In this document: positions 29,134-38,798 of the stretch, one piece after another
Layout of the letters: each line of letters opens with the position of its first letter
Numbering within the stretch: the stretch's first letter is position 1
NCBI GenBank assembly: GCA_963666835.2
Contig: CAXXGO010000006.1
Coordinates: 544,001 to 608,000 of the forward strand
Length of the DNA stretch: 64,000 nucleotides
Source of the DNA: Phycisphaerae bacterium
GTDB lineage: Bacteria; Planctomycetota; Phycisphaerae; UBA1845
Reading direction: 5' to 3'
Made by a program: the position numbers and the translations under genes
The notes under the pieces: generated by a model
Seen by the model: only the letters and a program-made list of their open reading frames with translations
Database searches by the model: none
What the model was told of the DNA's origin: nothing

Positions 29134-29163
29134 GGCAGGTCTCGTTCCTCGACGCTGCCCTAC
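29134..29163 (-). repeat. GTAG-type REP unit
   Basis: GGCAGGTCTCGTTCCTCGACGCTGCCCTAC; same family as four copies at 63.0-64.0 kb. Confidence 0.7.
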
Positions 29164-29425
29164 ATGGGCGTCGCCTTTTCTCCAACGTTACTCAGTCGCA
29201 GTCCGCAAGTGCATCCTCGTACCGGTGCGCGGAGCAACGGCGGCCTGGCGCGGGCGCGCACTGGCAATAATCCGGGCTCGGGGCTACAAATAGGCGGGCG
29301 TGCCGGGCGATCTTGACCAGTGTCGCGCCGCGAGGGTGGACAATGGTCAAGTTAGCAGGCTCGCGACGGTAACCGCCCCGGTGGACCGGGTCGGGCGAAA
29401 ACGCTGACTGTGGAGCAGAAGGGCC

Positions 29426-31039
29426 GTGGCCAACTTGTGCATCACCCTCACGGACGGGCGGATGATTCGCCACACGCTCGGCGGCGGGGTCGAGGTTATC
29501 GGGCGGGACCCCACCTGCGAGATTCCGGTGGATGACCCCAGCACGTCGCGCCGGCACGCTCGGTTCACCCCGGCCGCGGGCGGGTATGTCGTGGACGATC
29601 TCGGCAGTAAGAACGGCACGCTCGTCAACGACACGCCCAGCAAATCGCAAATGCTGCGCGACGGAGACGAGATTCTGATCGGCTCGGTACTCGTGGTCTA
29701 CTCCGATTCGCAGCCCGATCCGGCCAGCTCGATCGTGATTTCCAGGGAAAGCGTCAGCCCGGCCACCCGCTACATCACCCGCGACCAGAAACTGAACCTG
29801 CCGCAGCAGCGGCTGGAGATGATCTACGAACTGAGCGAGAGGCTCACCACGCTGCAAGACCGCGAGTCGTTGCTCGATAACGCGATGGACATCTGCTTCG
29901 AGACGCTCCGCTTCGAACGCGGGGCGATCGGAGTGCGGCGGCGGGACGGGCGAATGCTCGACTGGCCCGTTGTTCGCAACCTCCGCGGCAGCGAGGGTGA
30001 GCTGACCATCAGCCATACGCTCCTAAACCGGGCCCTCCAACACGGAGAGCGCGCGATCCTCGCCGATACCGGCGCGGGCAACACCGACCCGACCGTAAGC
30101 ATGGTGCAGCACGGGATCCGCTCGGCCATGTGCGTACCGCTTCACCACCGCAGCGATACGATCGGAGTGATCTACGGCGACCGGATCAGTACGTCCACTA
30201 CGTACTCGACCGAAGACATAGACTTCCTCGCCGGCATTGCTCAGCAGGTAAGCGTTGGACTAATCAACTGCCGACTGCTCGATGAACAACGCGAGACCGC
30301 CCGGCTCCAGCGCGATATCGACCTGGCCCGCACAATCCAGAAAGGGCTGCTCCCGGCATCTCTGCCCCGAACGAATAACCTGCGAATCGCCGCCCTCAAC
30401 GAACCCGGGTTACGCGTCAGCGGCGACTATTACGACGTAATCGAACTCGACGACGGCCGCGTGTGGTGCCTGGTGGCGGACGTTACGGGAGAAGGCCCGG
30501 CCGCGGCGTTGCTCATGGCGAACTTGCAGGCGGCGGTCCGCGTGACGGCCACCGATACGGATGACCCCGCCGAGCTGCTATCACGGTGGAACCACTTGGT
30601 ATATCGCAACACCGATTCGTCCAAGTTCATCACGTGCGTGCTTGCCTTGGTCGAGCCGGATTCGCGCAGAATCAACTTCGCGGCCGCGGGGCACTGCCCG
30701 CCGCTGCTGGTCCGCAGCAAGGACGGCGCGCAAGTCGAGGAGGTCGATACCGAAGCGACTTTCCCGCTGGGCATCGTGGACGACGCGCATTACACAACGA
30801 CTTCGCTGGAGATCGGTCCGGACCCGGCTCTGTTCTTCTGCTATACAGACGGCGTGGTTGAGGCGCTCGAGCCGCAGGGGGGAACGTACGGGTTGGAGCG
30901 CCTGGTCGAGGTTCTCGGCAGCCGGTCTGATCTCAGCGCCGACGGGCTCGTCAAACAGGTCCGTAAGAGCGTCGCCGGGTTCGCCGGAAGCGCCCCGCAG
31001 AGCGATGACATCACCATCTTAGCCGCCCGGATCGGCTGA
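29426..31039 (+). CDS. FHA-GAF-SpoIIE (PP2C-type) protein phosphatase
   Basis: FHA: IGR, SRRHA, DLGSKNGT. GAF: RSAMCVPL, GVIYGD. SpoIIE: SGDYYD, VADVTGEG, YTDGV, DDIT. Confidence 0.92.
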   Translation: MANLCITLTDGRMIRHTLGGGVEVIGRDPTCEIPVDDPSTSRRHARFTPAAGGYVVDDLGSKNGTLVNDTPSKSQMLRDGDEILIGSVLVVYSDSQPDPASSIVISRESVSPATRYITRDQKLNLPQQRLEMIYELSERLTTLQDRESLLDNAMDICFETLRFERGAIGVRRRDGRMLDWPVVRNLRGSEGELTISHTLLNRALQHGERAILADTGAGNTDPTVSMVQHGIRSAMCVPLHHRSDTIGVIYGDRISTSTTYSTEDIDFLAGIAQQVSVGLINCRLLDEQRETARLQRDIDLARTIQKGLLPASLPRTNNLRIAALNEPGLRVSGDYYDVIELDDGRVWCLVADVTGEGPAAALLMANLQAAVRVTATDTDDPAELLSRWNHLVYRNTDSSKFITCVLALVEPDSRRINFAAAGHCPPLLVRSKDGAQVEEVDTEATFPLGIVDDAHYTTTSLEIGPDPALFFCYTDGVVEALEPQGGTYGLERLVEVLGSRSDLSADGLVKQVRKSVAGFAGSAPQSDDITILAARIG

Positions 31040-31194
31040 TAGACCCCGTTCCCAGTACTGAAAACGCCGTCCCGCGGCTCCTCGCACGCCGGGCTAATCA
31101 TTGTAGTCGCGTCATCGGTCTCCGTGCCAAAGACCCGACGAATCTCAGCCGATAACTCTGGCGGTGTCTACAACGCCAGGTCAAGTGCCATTGA

Positions 31195-32739
31195 ATGAGG
31201 GCAGGTTTGATGAATCTACGCGTACCCTTCACCACCGGGCTGATTGCGGTGGCTACCATCACGGTCGTTTGCACGGGCGTCGCGATTAACGGATGCCGCG
31301 TGGATTACGGGGGCCTTTCCGACTCCGACGATTTCCTTGCAACGGGTCGGACCCTGAGCCACTTCACTGCGCTTCAGATAGACCCGCCCAGTGAGGACTC
31401 CGCAGGGCCGCAGTTCGTTGTGGCCGAGGACCTCAACGAGGACGGCATGCTCGATCTCGTCTCTGCGTGGAACCAATCGCAACCCGTGCAGGTACATCTC
31501 CAGCAACGCTCCGCGGAGGGGGAGATTACCTTCGAGACGCTGACGCTCGCCGGCAGCATCCCGGCCGTGGCGGTTGCGGGATTGGCCGTGGCCGACTTCG
31601 ACCAGGACGACCACGTCGACATAGCCGTGCTTCTGAAGGAGACGCTACTGACCGGCCCGCAGTGCATCGACGCCGAGCAACCGGAGGAAGGACTTTCCGG
31701 GCTGATCCTGCTGTACCTCGGTCCGGACGATCCCGCGACCGCCAACCAGGCGCTGGCGTGGGAGGAGATCGAGGTCGGCGCGGCCTTCCTGCAAGGGGCG
31801 GGCAGTGCTACGGAGAGCCCCGAGACCGGAGGCTATACGGCCATGGCTGTCGGGGACATCGATTTGGACGGTGACATGGACATCGTTGCGGCATGGAACT
31901 CCTCATGTGGGGACGACGGTTCGACGGACGTGGTCATATTCACTAACGGCGGGCCGGCGGCGATCTACGATCGGACCTGGACCGCTGAGCGGATTCCGGA
32001 TTCGTTTCCGAAGGGTGATTCCGTCAAGGACATCGGTTTGGGTGACATCGACCGGGACGGTGATCTGGACGTTGTTGCCACCTACCCAACCGCCCCGGCG
32101 ATGAACGTTCGCTGGTACCGCAACCCCGTGACGGATACGTTGGATGATTACCACATTTCCGACGGAGCGTGGCAGGTCGGTACGGTGGCCCAGATCGCGA
32201 CCGGAGCGGACGTTCTCGAATTGTCCGACATTGACTTGGACGGGATTCTGGATGTCGTAGTCCGTTCGTCGGCCGGCAGTGTTATCCAATGGCTAAAGGG
32301 TCCGGAGGGACCGACGACCGCCCCGGTGCGCAGTATTCCCTGGCAGGTGTACACCCTGGCGGAATTCACCGAGCGCACCCCGCAAGCCATCGCCGTCGTC
32401 GATCTTGATCTGGACGGGCAGGCCGAAGTCGTCGCCACCGCCGATGGCGGGCTGGTATGGTTCGACTCCACCCGAGCTCCGACGGTGTACGATCAGTGGG
32501 GCGAAACGCTCATCATCGACGATATCTCGGCCGACGCGACGGATAACTCTCCCGCCACGACCGATCCCAACGTGCAACCGGTTGAAATCGCCGGGACAAC
32601 GTTCATGAATTCGGTTCTGGCCGTGGACCTCGACGGCGACGGAGCCCGCGATCTTATTGTGCCCATGGATCGCGCCGGTTTGAGTGGGCTGACCAACGAC
32701 GCTCTGGTCTGGTTCCGCAACACGCGCTTGGGTGAGTAG
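31195..32739 (+). CDS. FG-GAP/VCBS-repeat secreted or lipoprotein
   Basis: Signal with NGC lipobox-like motif; seven DxxxDGxxD-type repeats. Confidence 0.8.
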   Translation: MRAGLMNLRVPFTTGLIAVATITVVCTGVAINGCRVDYGGLSDSDDFLATGRTLSHFTALQIDPPSEDSAGPQFVVAEDLNEDGMLDLVSAWNQSQPVQVHLQQRSAEGEITFETLTLAGSIPAVAVAGLAVADFDQDDHVDIAVLLKETLLTGPQCIDAEQPEEGLSGLILLYLGPDDPATANQALAWEEIEVGAAFLQGAGSATESPETGGYTAMAVGDIDLDGDMDIVAAWNSSCGDDGSTDVVIFTNGGPAAIYDRTWTAERIPDSFPKGDSVKDIGLGDIDRDGDLDVVATYPTAPAMNVRWYRNPVTDTLDDYHISDGAWQVGTVAQIATGADVLELSDIDLDGILDVVVRSSAGSVIQWLKGPEGPTTAPVRSIPWQVYTLAEFTERTPQAIAVVDLDLDGQAEVVATADGGLVWFDSTRAPTVYDQWGETLIIDDISADATDNSPATTDPNVQPVEIAGTTFMNSVLAVDLDGDGARDLIVPMDRAGLSGLTNDALVWFRNTRLGE

Positions 32740-32775
32740 AAAGGGCGCCGCGGCGGACCCGAAGCAATCGGACCG

Positions 32776-33339
32776 TCAGTCTGTGGGTCCCGCTCCAATG
32801 CGCCGGCTCAAGCGATCATAGAAATGCAGGGCGACGGCCTGTTCGGCCTTCACCACGTCGTCGGCGCCGAGCTGGCTGGCCTGCATCCCCTTCGATGAGT
32901 AATTCGTTCGCGCGATGATGTAAATGTCCGGCTGGAGCCGCCGAGCCAGAGAGGTGGCCCGCAAAACCGCATCTTCGTCCGGAATGGTCAACGCCAGGAT
33001 TGTGGCACTACTGAGCCCGGCCTGCACCATGGTCTCCACCTGGGATATGTCGCCCTCCACGATCCGGCGCCCGAGAGCCCGCTGGGTTGCCACGGCCGCA
33101 GAGTTCCGCTCGACGATGGTGTAAGGAAGACCCGACTGGTCCAGCAAGTCGGCAACGCAGCGGCCCACCAAGCCGAACCCGACGACGATCACCCGGCCGG
33201 CGGATACTCCGCCCTCCGCCGGGCTCTGGGCCGGAGTAACCACCAGCCGCGTTCCCTCCGCCCACTCGGCCGGGCCGTCCAACTGTACCTGGTGATTCCG
33301 GTAGGTAGCGTTATAGGACTGGTTTGACGCAGGATCCAA
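32776..33339 (-). CDS. Stand-alone TrkA-N (RCK, NAD-binding) domain protein
   Basis: VIVVGFGLVG, IVE, VEGD, IIART, LGADDVV. Confidence 0.82.
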   Translation of the reverse strand: MDPASNQSYNATYRNHQVQLDGPAEWAEGTRLVVTPAQSPAEGGVSAGRVIVVGFGLVGRCVADLLDQSGLPYTIVERNSAAVATQRALGRRIVEGDISQVETMVQAGLSSATILALTIPDEDAVLRATSLARRLQPDIYIIARTNYSSKGMQASQLGADDVVKAEQAVALHFYDRLSRRIGAGPTD

Positions 33340-33441
33340 AGGGGGACCTCACCACGCGGCTGCTGGAAACCACATTATCCGCAAGTCGGCATAATGCTCC
33401 CTCGCCAGGTCAGCCGCAACCGAGATCAGGCAGGGTTTTTA

Positions 33442-34836
33442 TCAAGACTTCCGCGAGTACTTCCGGATTGCTTCGCCGACCAGATAGAACGACCCGGTGA
33501 TGCAAATCAAGTCTTCCCGGGTAATGGCGCTGTACGCGATCTGCAGAGCCTCATCGAGCGAATCGGCCACCTGAGCCATCTTCCCACAACGATCGGAGTA
33601 CTCGGCGGCCAGCTCTGCCGGATCGCACGATCGGGGCGAGCCGATCGTCGTGAAGATGATCTTGTCCGCCCCAAGCTGGATCCGCCGGATCATCCCGGTG
33701 ACATCTTTGTCTTTGTGGCAGGCGAAAATCACGATCATCGAGTCGTAGGTAATATGCTGCCCGATACCGCGTACCAGAGCTTCGATGCTGGCGGCATTAT
33801 GCGCCCCGTCCACCAGAATCCGCGGCTCTTCCGAGATCATCTGCATCCGCCCGAGCAGCTTGACCTTCGACAGTCCCTCCATCGCCGCCTGGTCGTCCAC
33901 GGGGAACCCCCGGGACTTCAATACATCGAGCATATTGAGCGCCAAGGCGCAGTTCCGCGCCTGATGCTCGCCGAACAACGGGACGTGAAGATGCTCGAAC
34001 CGGCTGTTCGGTGTGGTCAGGCAGATCCGGGCGTGCCGACCCGCAGACCGTGAGAACTCGAACCGGTAGCTGAAATCGACCCCTTCGTTGGCGAACCGGA
34101 GCGGAGCGTCCATCTTCTTGGCCGCGTCCTGTAACACCGCCTTGACCTCCGGCCGTTGCGGAGAACTGACCACGGGGATCTCCTCCTTGAAGATTCCCGC
34201 CTTCTCCCTGGCAATCGACGCGATGTCCGTTCCAAGCTGGGCGAGGTGGTCGAAGCTGATATCCGTTATGCCGACCACCTCCGGCTTGACTACGTTGGTG
34301 GCATCCAACCGCCCGCCCAAGCCCGTCTCGATGACCGCGATATCCACTTCCTGCAGGGCGAACCAGTTGAGCGCCGCGGCCGTCATGACCTCGAAATAGG
34401 TCGGATTCGGAACCCGGGCCTTTTCCGTAATTGCTGCAACGGCGGAAACCGCTTTCGCAAAAGCGGCTTCGGTGATCATCTCGCCGTCGAGCATGATGCG
34501 CTCACGCACCGAAAGAACGTGTGGAGACGTGTACAACCCGGTCTTCATACCGCAAGCCTGGAGCATCCCGGCCAGCATCGTCGCCGTGCTGCCCTTCCCC
34601 TTGGTACCGGCAATATGAACGGTAGTCAGAGACTTATGCGGGTTTCCCAGCGCCGCCAGCAGCCGGTTCATCCGGGCCAGCCCAAAGTTGTCGGTGTTGT
34701 ACGGAGTGCGCGCGGAGCGCTCGTAGTTCGTCAGAGAGTTTAAAAAGTTCTCCGCTGAGCGAAAAGTACGAATACGCTTCACGAGCGCCTTGGCCTTGGC
34801 GGCCGGCTTCGGTCTGTCGATCGTTGCCCTAGTCAT
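33442..34836 (-). CDS. folC: Folylpolyglutamate/dihydrofolate synthase
   Basis: HIAGTKGKGST, GLYTSPH, PTYFE, ETGLGGRLDATN, DHLAQLG, EKAGI, DGAHN, TGSFYLVG. Confidence 0.95.
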   Translation of the reverse strand: MTRATIDRPKPAAKAKALVKRIRTFRSAENFLNSLTNYERSARTPYNTDNFGLARMNRLLAALGNPHKSLTTVHIAGTKGKGSTATMLAGMLQACGMKTGLYTSPHVLSVRERIMLDGEMITEAAFAKAVSAVAAITEKARVPNPTYFEVMTAAALNWFALQEVDIAVIETGLGGRLDATNVVKPEVVGITDISFDHLAQLGTDIASIAREKAGIFKEEIPVVSSPQRPEVKAVLQDAAKKMDAPLRFANEGVDFSYRFEFSRSAGRHARICLTTPNSRFEHLHVPLFGEHQARNCALALNMLDVLKSRGFPVDDQAAMEGLSKVKLLGRMQMISEEPRILVDGAHNAASIEALVRGIGQHITYDSMIVIFACHKDKDVTGMIRRIQLGADKIIFTTIGSPRSCDPAELAAEYSDRCGKMAQVADSLDEALQIAYSAITREDLICITGSFYLVGEAIRKYSRKS

Positions 34837-35180
34837 AGGCGATGAGTTTACTGAACTTTCAAGATATCGTCAATGCGGATTAATCCGCGGTACCGTCATA
34901 TCCCAGTAACAGCTAGTACGGGACCACACCTGTAACTTCCTGAAAGAGAACAGGTTGCGCCAGTTTCCCTGTTCATGGAGACCCCCAAGCGGGGGCACCA
35001 ACTGCTGAAGAACACGTCACTATTATACGCACTATGGGCCCAAAAGTGCGCAGAGTTCCGTAAAAAACCGTACTGCCCGACATCTGCAGCAGCCTCGCCG
35101 CCGGAGGACAGCCCTCCCGCGCAACGAAATGATGCGCACGCCGGGGGCTCAGATTCGGCCTCGACGGGTACAATCCTGCC

Positions 35181-36278
35181 ATGTTCGATTTCGAAGTCTC
35201 CTATCCCGACTCGAGAACGAGCGTCGTGGTGCGCCCTGCGGTCTTGAGCCAGGTTGGAACGCTGCTCAGAGCCGCCCGCGGGCCATCGGCGGCTCCGCGG
35301 GTGTTCCTGGTCTCGGACACGACCGTTGGTGGGCTCTACGCGGACCGGGTGCTCACCTCATTGCGCAATGCCGGCTTCGTACCGGATGAGTTCCGTATCG
35401 TGCCCGGGGAGGCGTCGAAGAGCCTGCGCGTGGCCGAAGAGGTTTATCGGGCTATGGCCGAAGCGCAACTTGGCCGAGACTCGTTACTCCTCGCGCTGGG
35501 CGGCGGAGTGGTCAGCGACCTGACGGGGTTCATTGCGGCCACGTGGATGCGCGGGGTCCCCTTTGCGATATGCCCGACCACTTTGGAGGCCGATGTCGAT
35601 GCATCTCTGGGCGGTAAGACCGCAGTCAACATACCTGCGGGGAAGAACTTGGTTGGGGCGTTCCACCAGCCGGTCGTCGTCGCGGTCGATCCGGATTGCC
35701 TCACTACGCTCGATCCCAGAGACGTTCGGTCCGGCATGGCGGAGTCTATCAAGCACGGGCTGATTACTTCTGAGGAACTGGTTGCGTGGCACGAGGACCA
35801 TGCAGACCGGATCCTTGCCCTCGAAGGCACGGCGGCGACCGAGCTGATCTTGAAGAACCTTAGGGTCAAGGCGAACGTGGTCACGCGCGATCCCGGAGAA
35901 CAGACCGGGGCGCGGATCATGCTGAACCTCGGCCACACGATCGGTCATGCGATCGAAGCACGTTGCGGTTTTACCCTGCGGCATGGGGAATGTGTAGCTT
36001 TGGGAACACTCGCCTGCGCCCGGCTGTCGGAAAGGCTGGGTTTGCTGGAGAGACCCGTGGTCGACCGTATTGCGCGTTTGCTGGACCGGTTCGGGCTCCC
36101 AACCTCGTTGGGTGTGCCAATCGCCACCGATGACATCATCACGACTCTGCGCCGGGACAAGAAGGCTCGTGACGGGAAGGTGCAGTTCGTGCTACTCGAA
36201 GGTCTCGGCCGGCCTGTTGTGCGTCACGATGTTCCCGAAGACCTTGCGGCGGAGGCCTACGAGTCGTTACTGGATTAG
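35181..36278 (+). CDS. aroB: 3-dehydroquinate synthase
   Basis: PGEASK, GGGVVSD, PTTL, DASLGGKT, KNLVGAFHQP, LNLGHTIGHAIE, HGECVA, DKK. Confidence 0.95.
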   Translation: MFDFEVSYPDSRTSVVVRPAVLSQVGTLLRAARGPSAAPRVFLVSDTTVGGLYADRVLTSLRNAGFVPDEFRIVPGEASKSLRVAEEVYRAMAEAQLGRDSLLLALGGGVVSDLTGFIAATWMRGVPFAICPTTLEADVDASLGGKTAVNIPAGKNLVGAFHQPVVVAVDPDCLTTLDPRDVRSGMAESIKHGLITSEELVAWHEDHADRILALEGTAATELILKNLRVKANVVTRDPGEQTGARIMLNLGHTIGHAIEARCGFTLRHGECVALGTLACARLSERLGLLERPVVDRIARLLDRFGLPTSLGVPIATDDIITTLRRDKKARDGKVQFVLLEGLGRPVVRHDVPEDLAAEAYESLLD

Positions 36279-36287
36279 GGCAGGCGG

Positions 36288-36968
36288 TCAGACATCGACC
36301 TTGCGGGTGACGGGCGCGGGATATGAACCGCAGCGCCCGGGGCTTTCGCAGGGCGCTCCTGCCAGTTCGGCGAACATGCGGGAGAGAAGTTCCATGGGAA
36401 GACCGACCACGTTGGTGAAGCTGCCCGAGATAGTCCTGACGAACGGGTCGCCCTGGTCCTGAATCCCGTATGCTCCGGCCTTTCCCGCCCACGCCCCCGT
36501 ATCGAGGTAGCTCTCCAGCTCCGTGTCGCTCAACAACCGCATGGTTACGGCGGTGGATTCACTGCGGATCAGTCGCCGCCGCTTGGCCGCGTCGAGGATT
36601 GTGACGCCGGTAATCACCTCGTGGGTGGTCCCACCCAAACTGGTGAGGATCCGCCGGGCGTCGGCTCGGTCTCGGGGTTTACCGAATACGGTCTCGGCGA
36701 GAGCGACCACCGTATCGGCGGCAATGACGATTCCCTCATCGAGTCGGTCGGCTACGCTCCGGGCCTTGAAGTAGCTGAGGGCCTCGGCTTGTCGGACAGG
36801 GGACGTTCCTTCGGACAATTGCTGCGGTTCATCGATCTGCGGTGGAGATTTAACAAACTGATAGCCGTGGTCCTTGAGCAAGGCAGACCGTTGCGGACTG
36901 CCCGATGCCAGAACCAGCCGCGTCTTGCCGGACCGCTTGTCACCTTTCGTATCCACAACTTGCCTCAT
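36288..36968 (-). CDS. maf: Maf family nucleotide pyrophosphatase
   Basis: LVLASGSPQR, AADTVV, GKP, HEVITG, KAGAYGIQ, NVVGLP. Confidence 0.93.
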   Translation of the reverse strand: MRQVVDTKGDKRSGKTRLVLASGSPQRSALLKDHGYQFVKSPPQIDEPQQLSEGTSPVRQAEALSYFKARSVADRLDEGIVIAADTVVALAETVFGKPRDRADARRILTSLGGTTHEVITGVTILDAAKRRRLIRSESTAVTMRLLSDTELESYLDTGAWAGKAGAYGIQDQGDPFVRTISGSFTNVVGLPMELLSRMFAELAGAPCESPGRCGSYPAPVTRKVDV

Positions 36969-37092
36969 CCATAGCGAAGCCGCCGATCCCCGTCGACCTT
37001 ACGGCAAGATACCACTGCCGAGACGATCAGGGAACGGCGGCTCCACCGCGCTATTGGATGTCAGCGCGTTTTTTCGGTAGCGGCCAGCGAGT

Positions 37093-37854
37093 TTAGCGCC
37101 GGCGTTTGCGGGTACGAAGGGTCGCAAACGCGCCGACCAGCATCAGCCCCAAAGTAGCCGGCTCGGGAACGGCGACGCCCTGCACCAGGACCAGCATGTC
37201 CTGGTAATCCTGATCGCAACCGGGGTCGAAGGCCATAATGTACGAACCGTCTTTCGCCTGCGGTACGACCAACTGATATCCGTTGGCAGTCCACCCGTAG
37301 ATGTCCAACCCGCTGACATCGAAAGTCACCACGCGGTCACGCTCACCGTTGGAGAAGGCAGCGTTGAGCGGCGCGGCGGTCCAGGCCGTGGGGTTATTGG
37401 AGTCGTCCCCGAAGACTATCCAAGTGGGCGTCGAGAAGCTCAGTGACGAAGTTGCCCCAAAGGTGTTGACCCTCGGAGCGAACTGGGTCTCGGTGGCGCC
37501 GTCCAGCAGCATACCGTCGTAGACCAGTTCCTGCCCGAGCGTGTCGAGGGGGTTTGCGGAGCCGCCCCAGTAATCGGTCAGCAGGGTGACATCGATCTTG
37601 CTCCCGAGCCAGGCATTGTCGAGCATGTCAGGCACCCGGCGCCCACCTGCTCCGCTGTTGAGGTAGTCCGTACTGGTCCAGGCGTAGCCCGGAGCCACAC
37701 TGCTGAGCGCCTGCCAGAGGTCCGGCTCCTGCCCCGACGTAGCGTCGTGGATAGTAGTGAAGACGCTCGCCGATGCCGAATTCGCGATAACCACAGTCAA
37801 GATCCCGACCAATCCCGTACACGCAAACCGCTTAGTGCCCTTCATCTGATGCAT
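37093..37854 (-). CDS. PEP-CTERM sorting domain protein
   Basis: Signal peptide; C-terminus VPEP-ATLGLMLVGAFATL-RTRKRRR preceded by DQDYQDMLV. Confidence 0.9.
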   Translation of the reverse strand: MHQMKGTKRFACTGLVGILTVVIANSASASVFTTIHDATSGQEPDLWQALSSVAPGYAWTSTDYLNSGAGGRRVPDMLDNAWLGSKIDVTLLTDYWGGSANPLDTLGQELVYDGMLLDGATETQFAPRVNTFGATSSLSFSTPTWIVFGDDSNNPTAWTAAPLNAAFSNGERDRVVTFDVSGLDIYGWTANGYQLVVPQAKDGSYIMAFDPGCDQDYQDMLVLVQGVAVPEPATLGLMLVGAFATLRTRKRRR

Positions 37855-38254
37855 TCCTCCCCGCTTATTCGTTCTCGGACAATTCCGAGCCCCCCCCGTT
37901 GACCTGTATCCGGGTTGCTCGCAATCCTAGCCCTCGCGCAGTGAACAAGTCCAATGCCTTTTCCGGCATGGTCCGCCTAACCGCTACGCTTCCGGTGAAA
38001 TGCGGACCCGCCCGCCATTCCACCGATAATGACGTTCATGTGACACCTAAGAGCAGGCATTTGTTGTACCTTATCAATACCAATCGGACGAGTTCGGCAG
38101 AATTTTCCGCCCCGCATATCGGAGGTGGGTATCGGGCCTTATCTCGAGCGGAAAGCGGGCGGACCCGGATTATTCACGAAGTTCGCGTGAATTCGCGCAG
38201 CTCGCTTTAGCGCCATCCCTTGAAGATGGCGTCATGGTAACACAGGGCGCTTTC

Positions 38255-38740
38255 ACGCCAGGGACAAGCCCTGGCGTTACATTGATTCGCGGCCTGCAGT
38301 TCATTCGGGTGAACGACCCCAAGGCAGGTAGGTCGGGCTCAGCCCAATTGTACTAACCTTGGCAGGCGAAACGAGAGAGTCCTCTCTGATGTGTGGATTG
38401 CGTCCCGTCCTAGTACGCCAACGGCGTCGCGTCCTACAGCCCAGGGTTGCCGCGTAGCAGCTACCCTGGGATTACGGTTACATTAAAGATGGACCCCAAC
38501 GATCCCGGAGCGGTGGCGAAACCTCCCGGCCCGATTGCCGTCCGCGGTTTGCGGCTATTCGGGCAATCTATGAAACCGTCCGCCGGCTCTTCGGGACACC
38601 CCCGTAGCGTAGGCTTCCAGCCTGCCTCGAGATCCGCCCTCCTCCGGCCCTTCGGGACGGGAGTACGTGGGGAGCGATCTCACCCACGGGTTCTGCTTCG
38701 CTCCACCCGCGGCTACTTGCCCAAAGTCCCTTCGGGACGG
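38255..38740. repeat. Intergenic cluster of different REP-like palindromes
   Basis: ACGCCAGGG-acaag-CCCTGGCGT (38255), CCCAGGGTTGC...GCTACCCTGGG (38440-38470), GTAGCGTAGGCTTCCAGCCTG, paired CCCTTCGGGAC units. Confidence 0.6.
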
Positions 38741-38798
38741 GTTACCGCACGACTACCTAACAAGGTTAGTACCATTGGGCAGAGCCCGACTTACCGTA

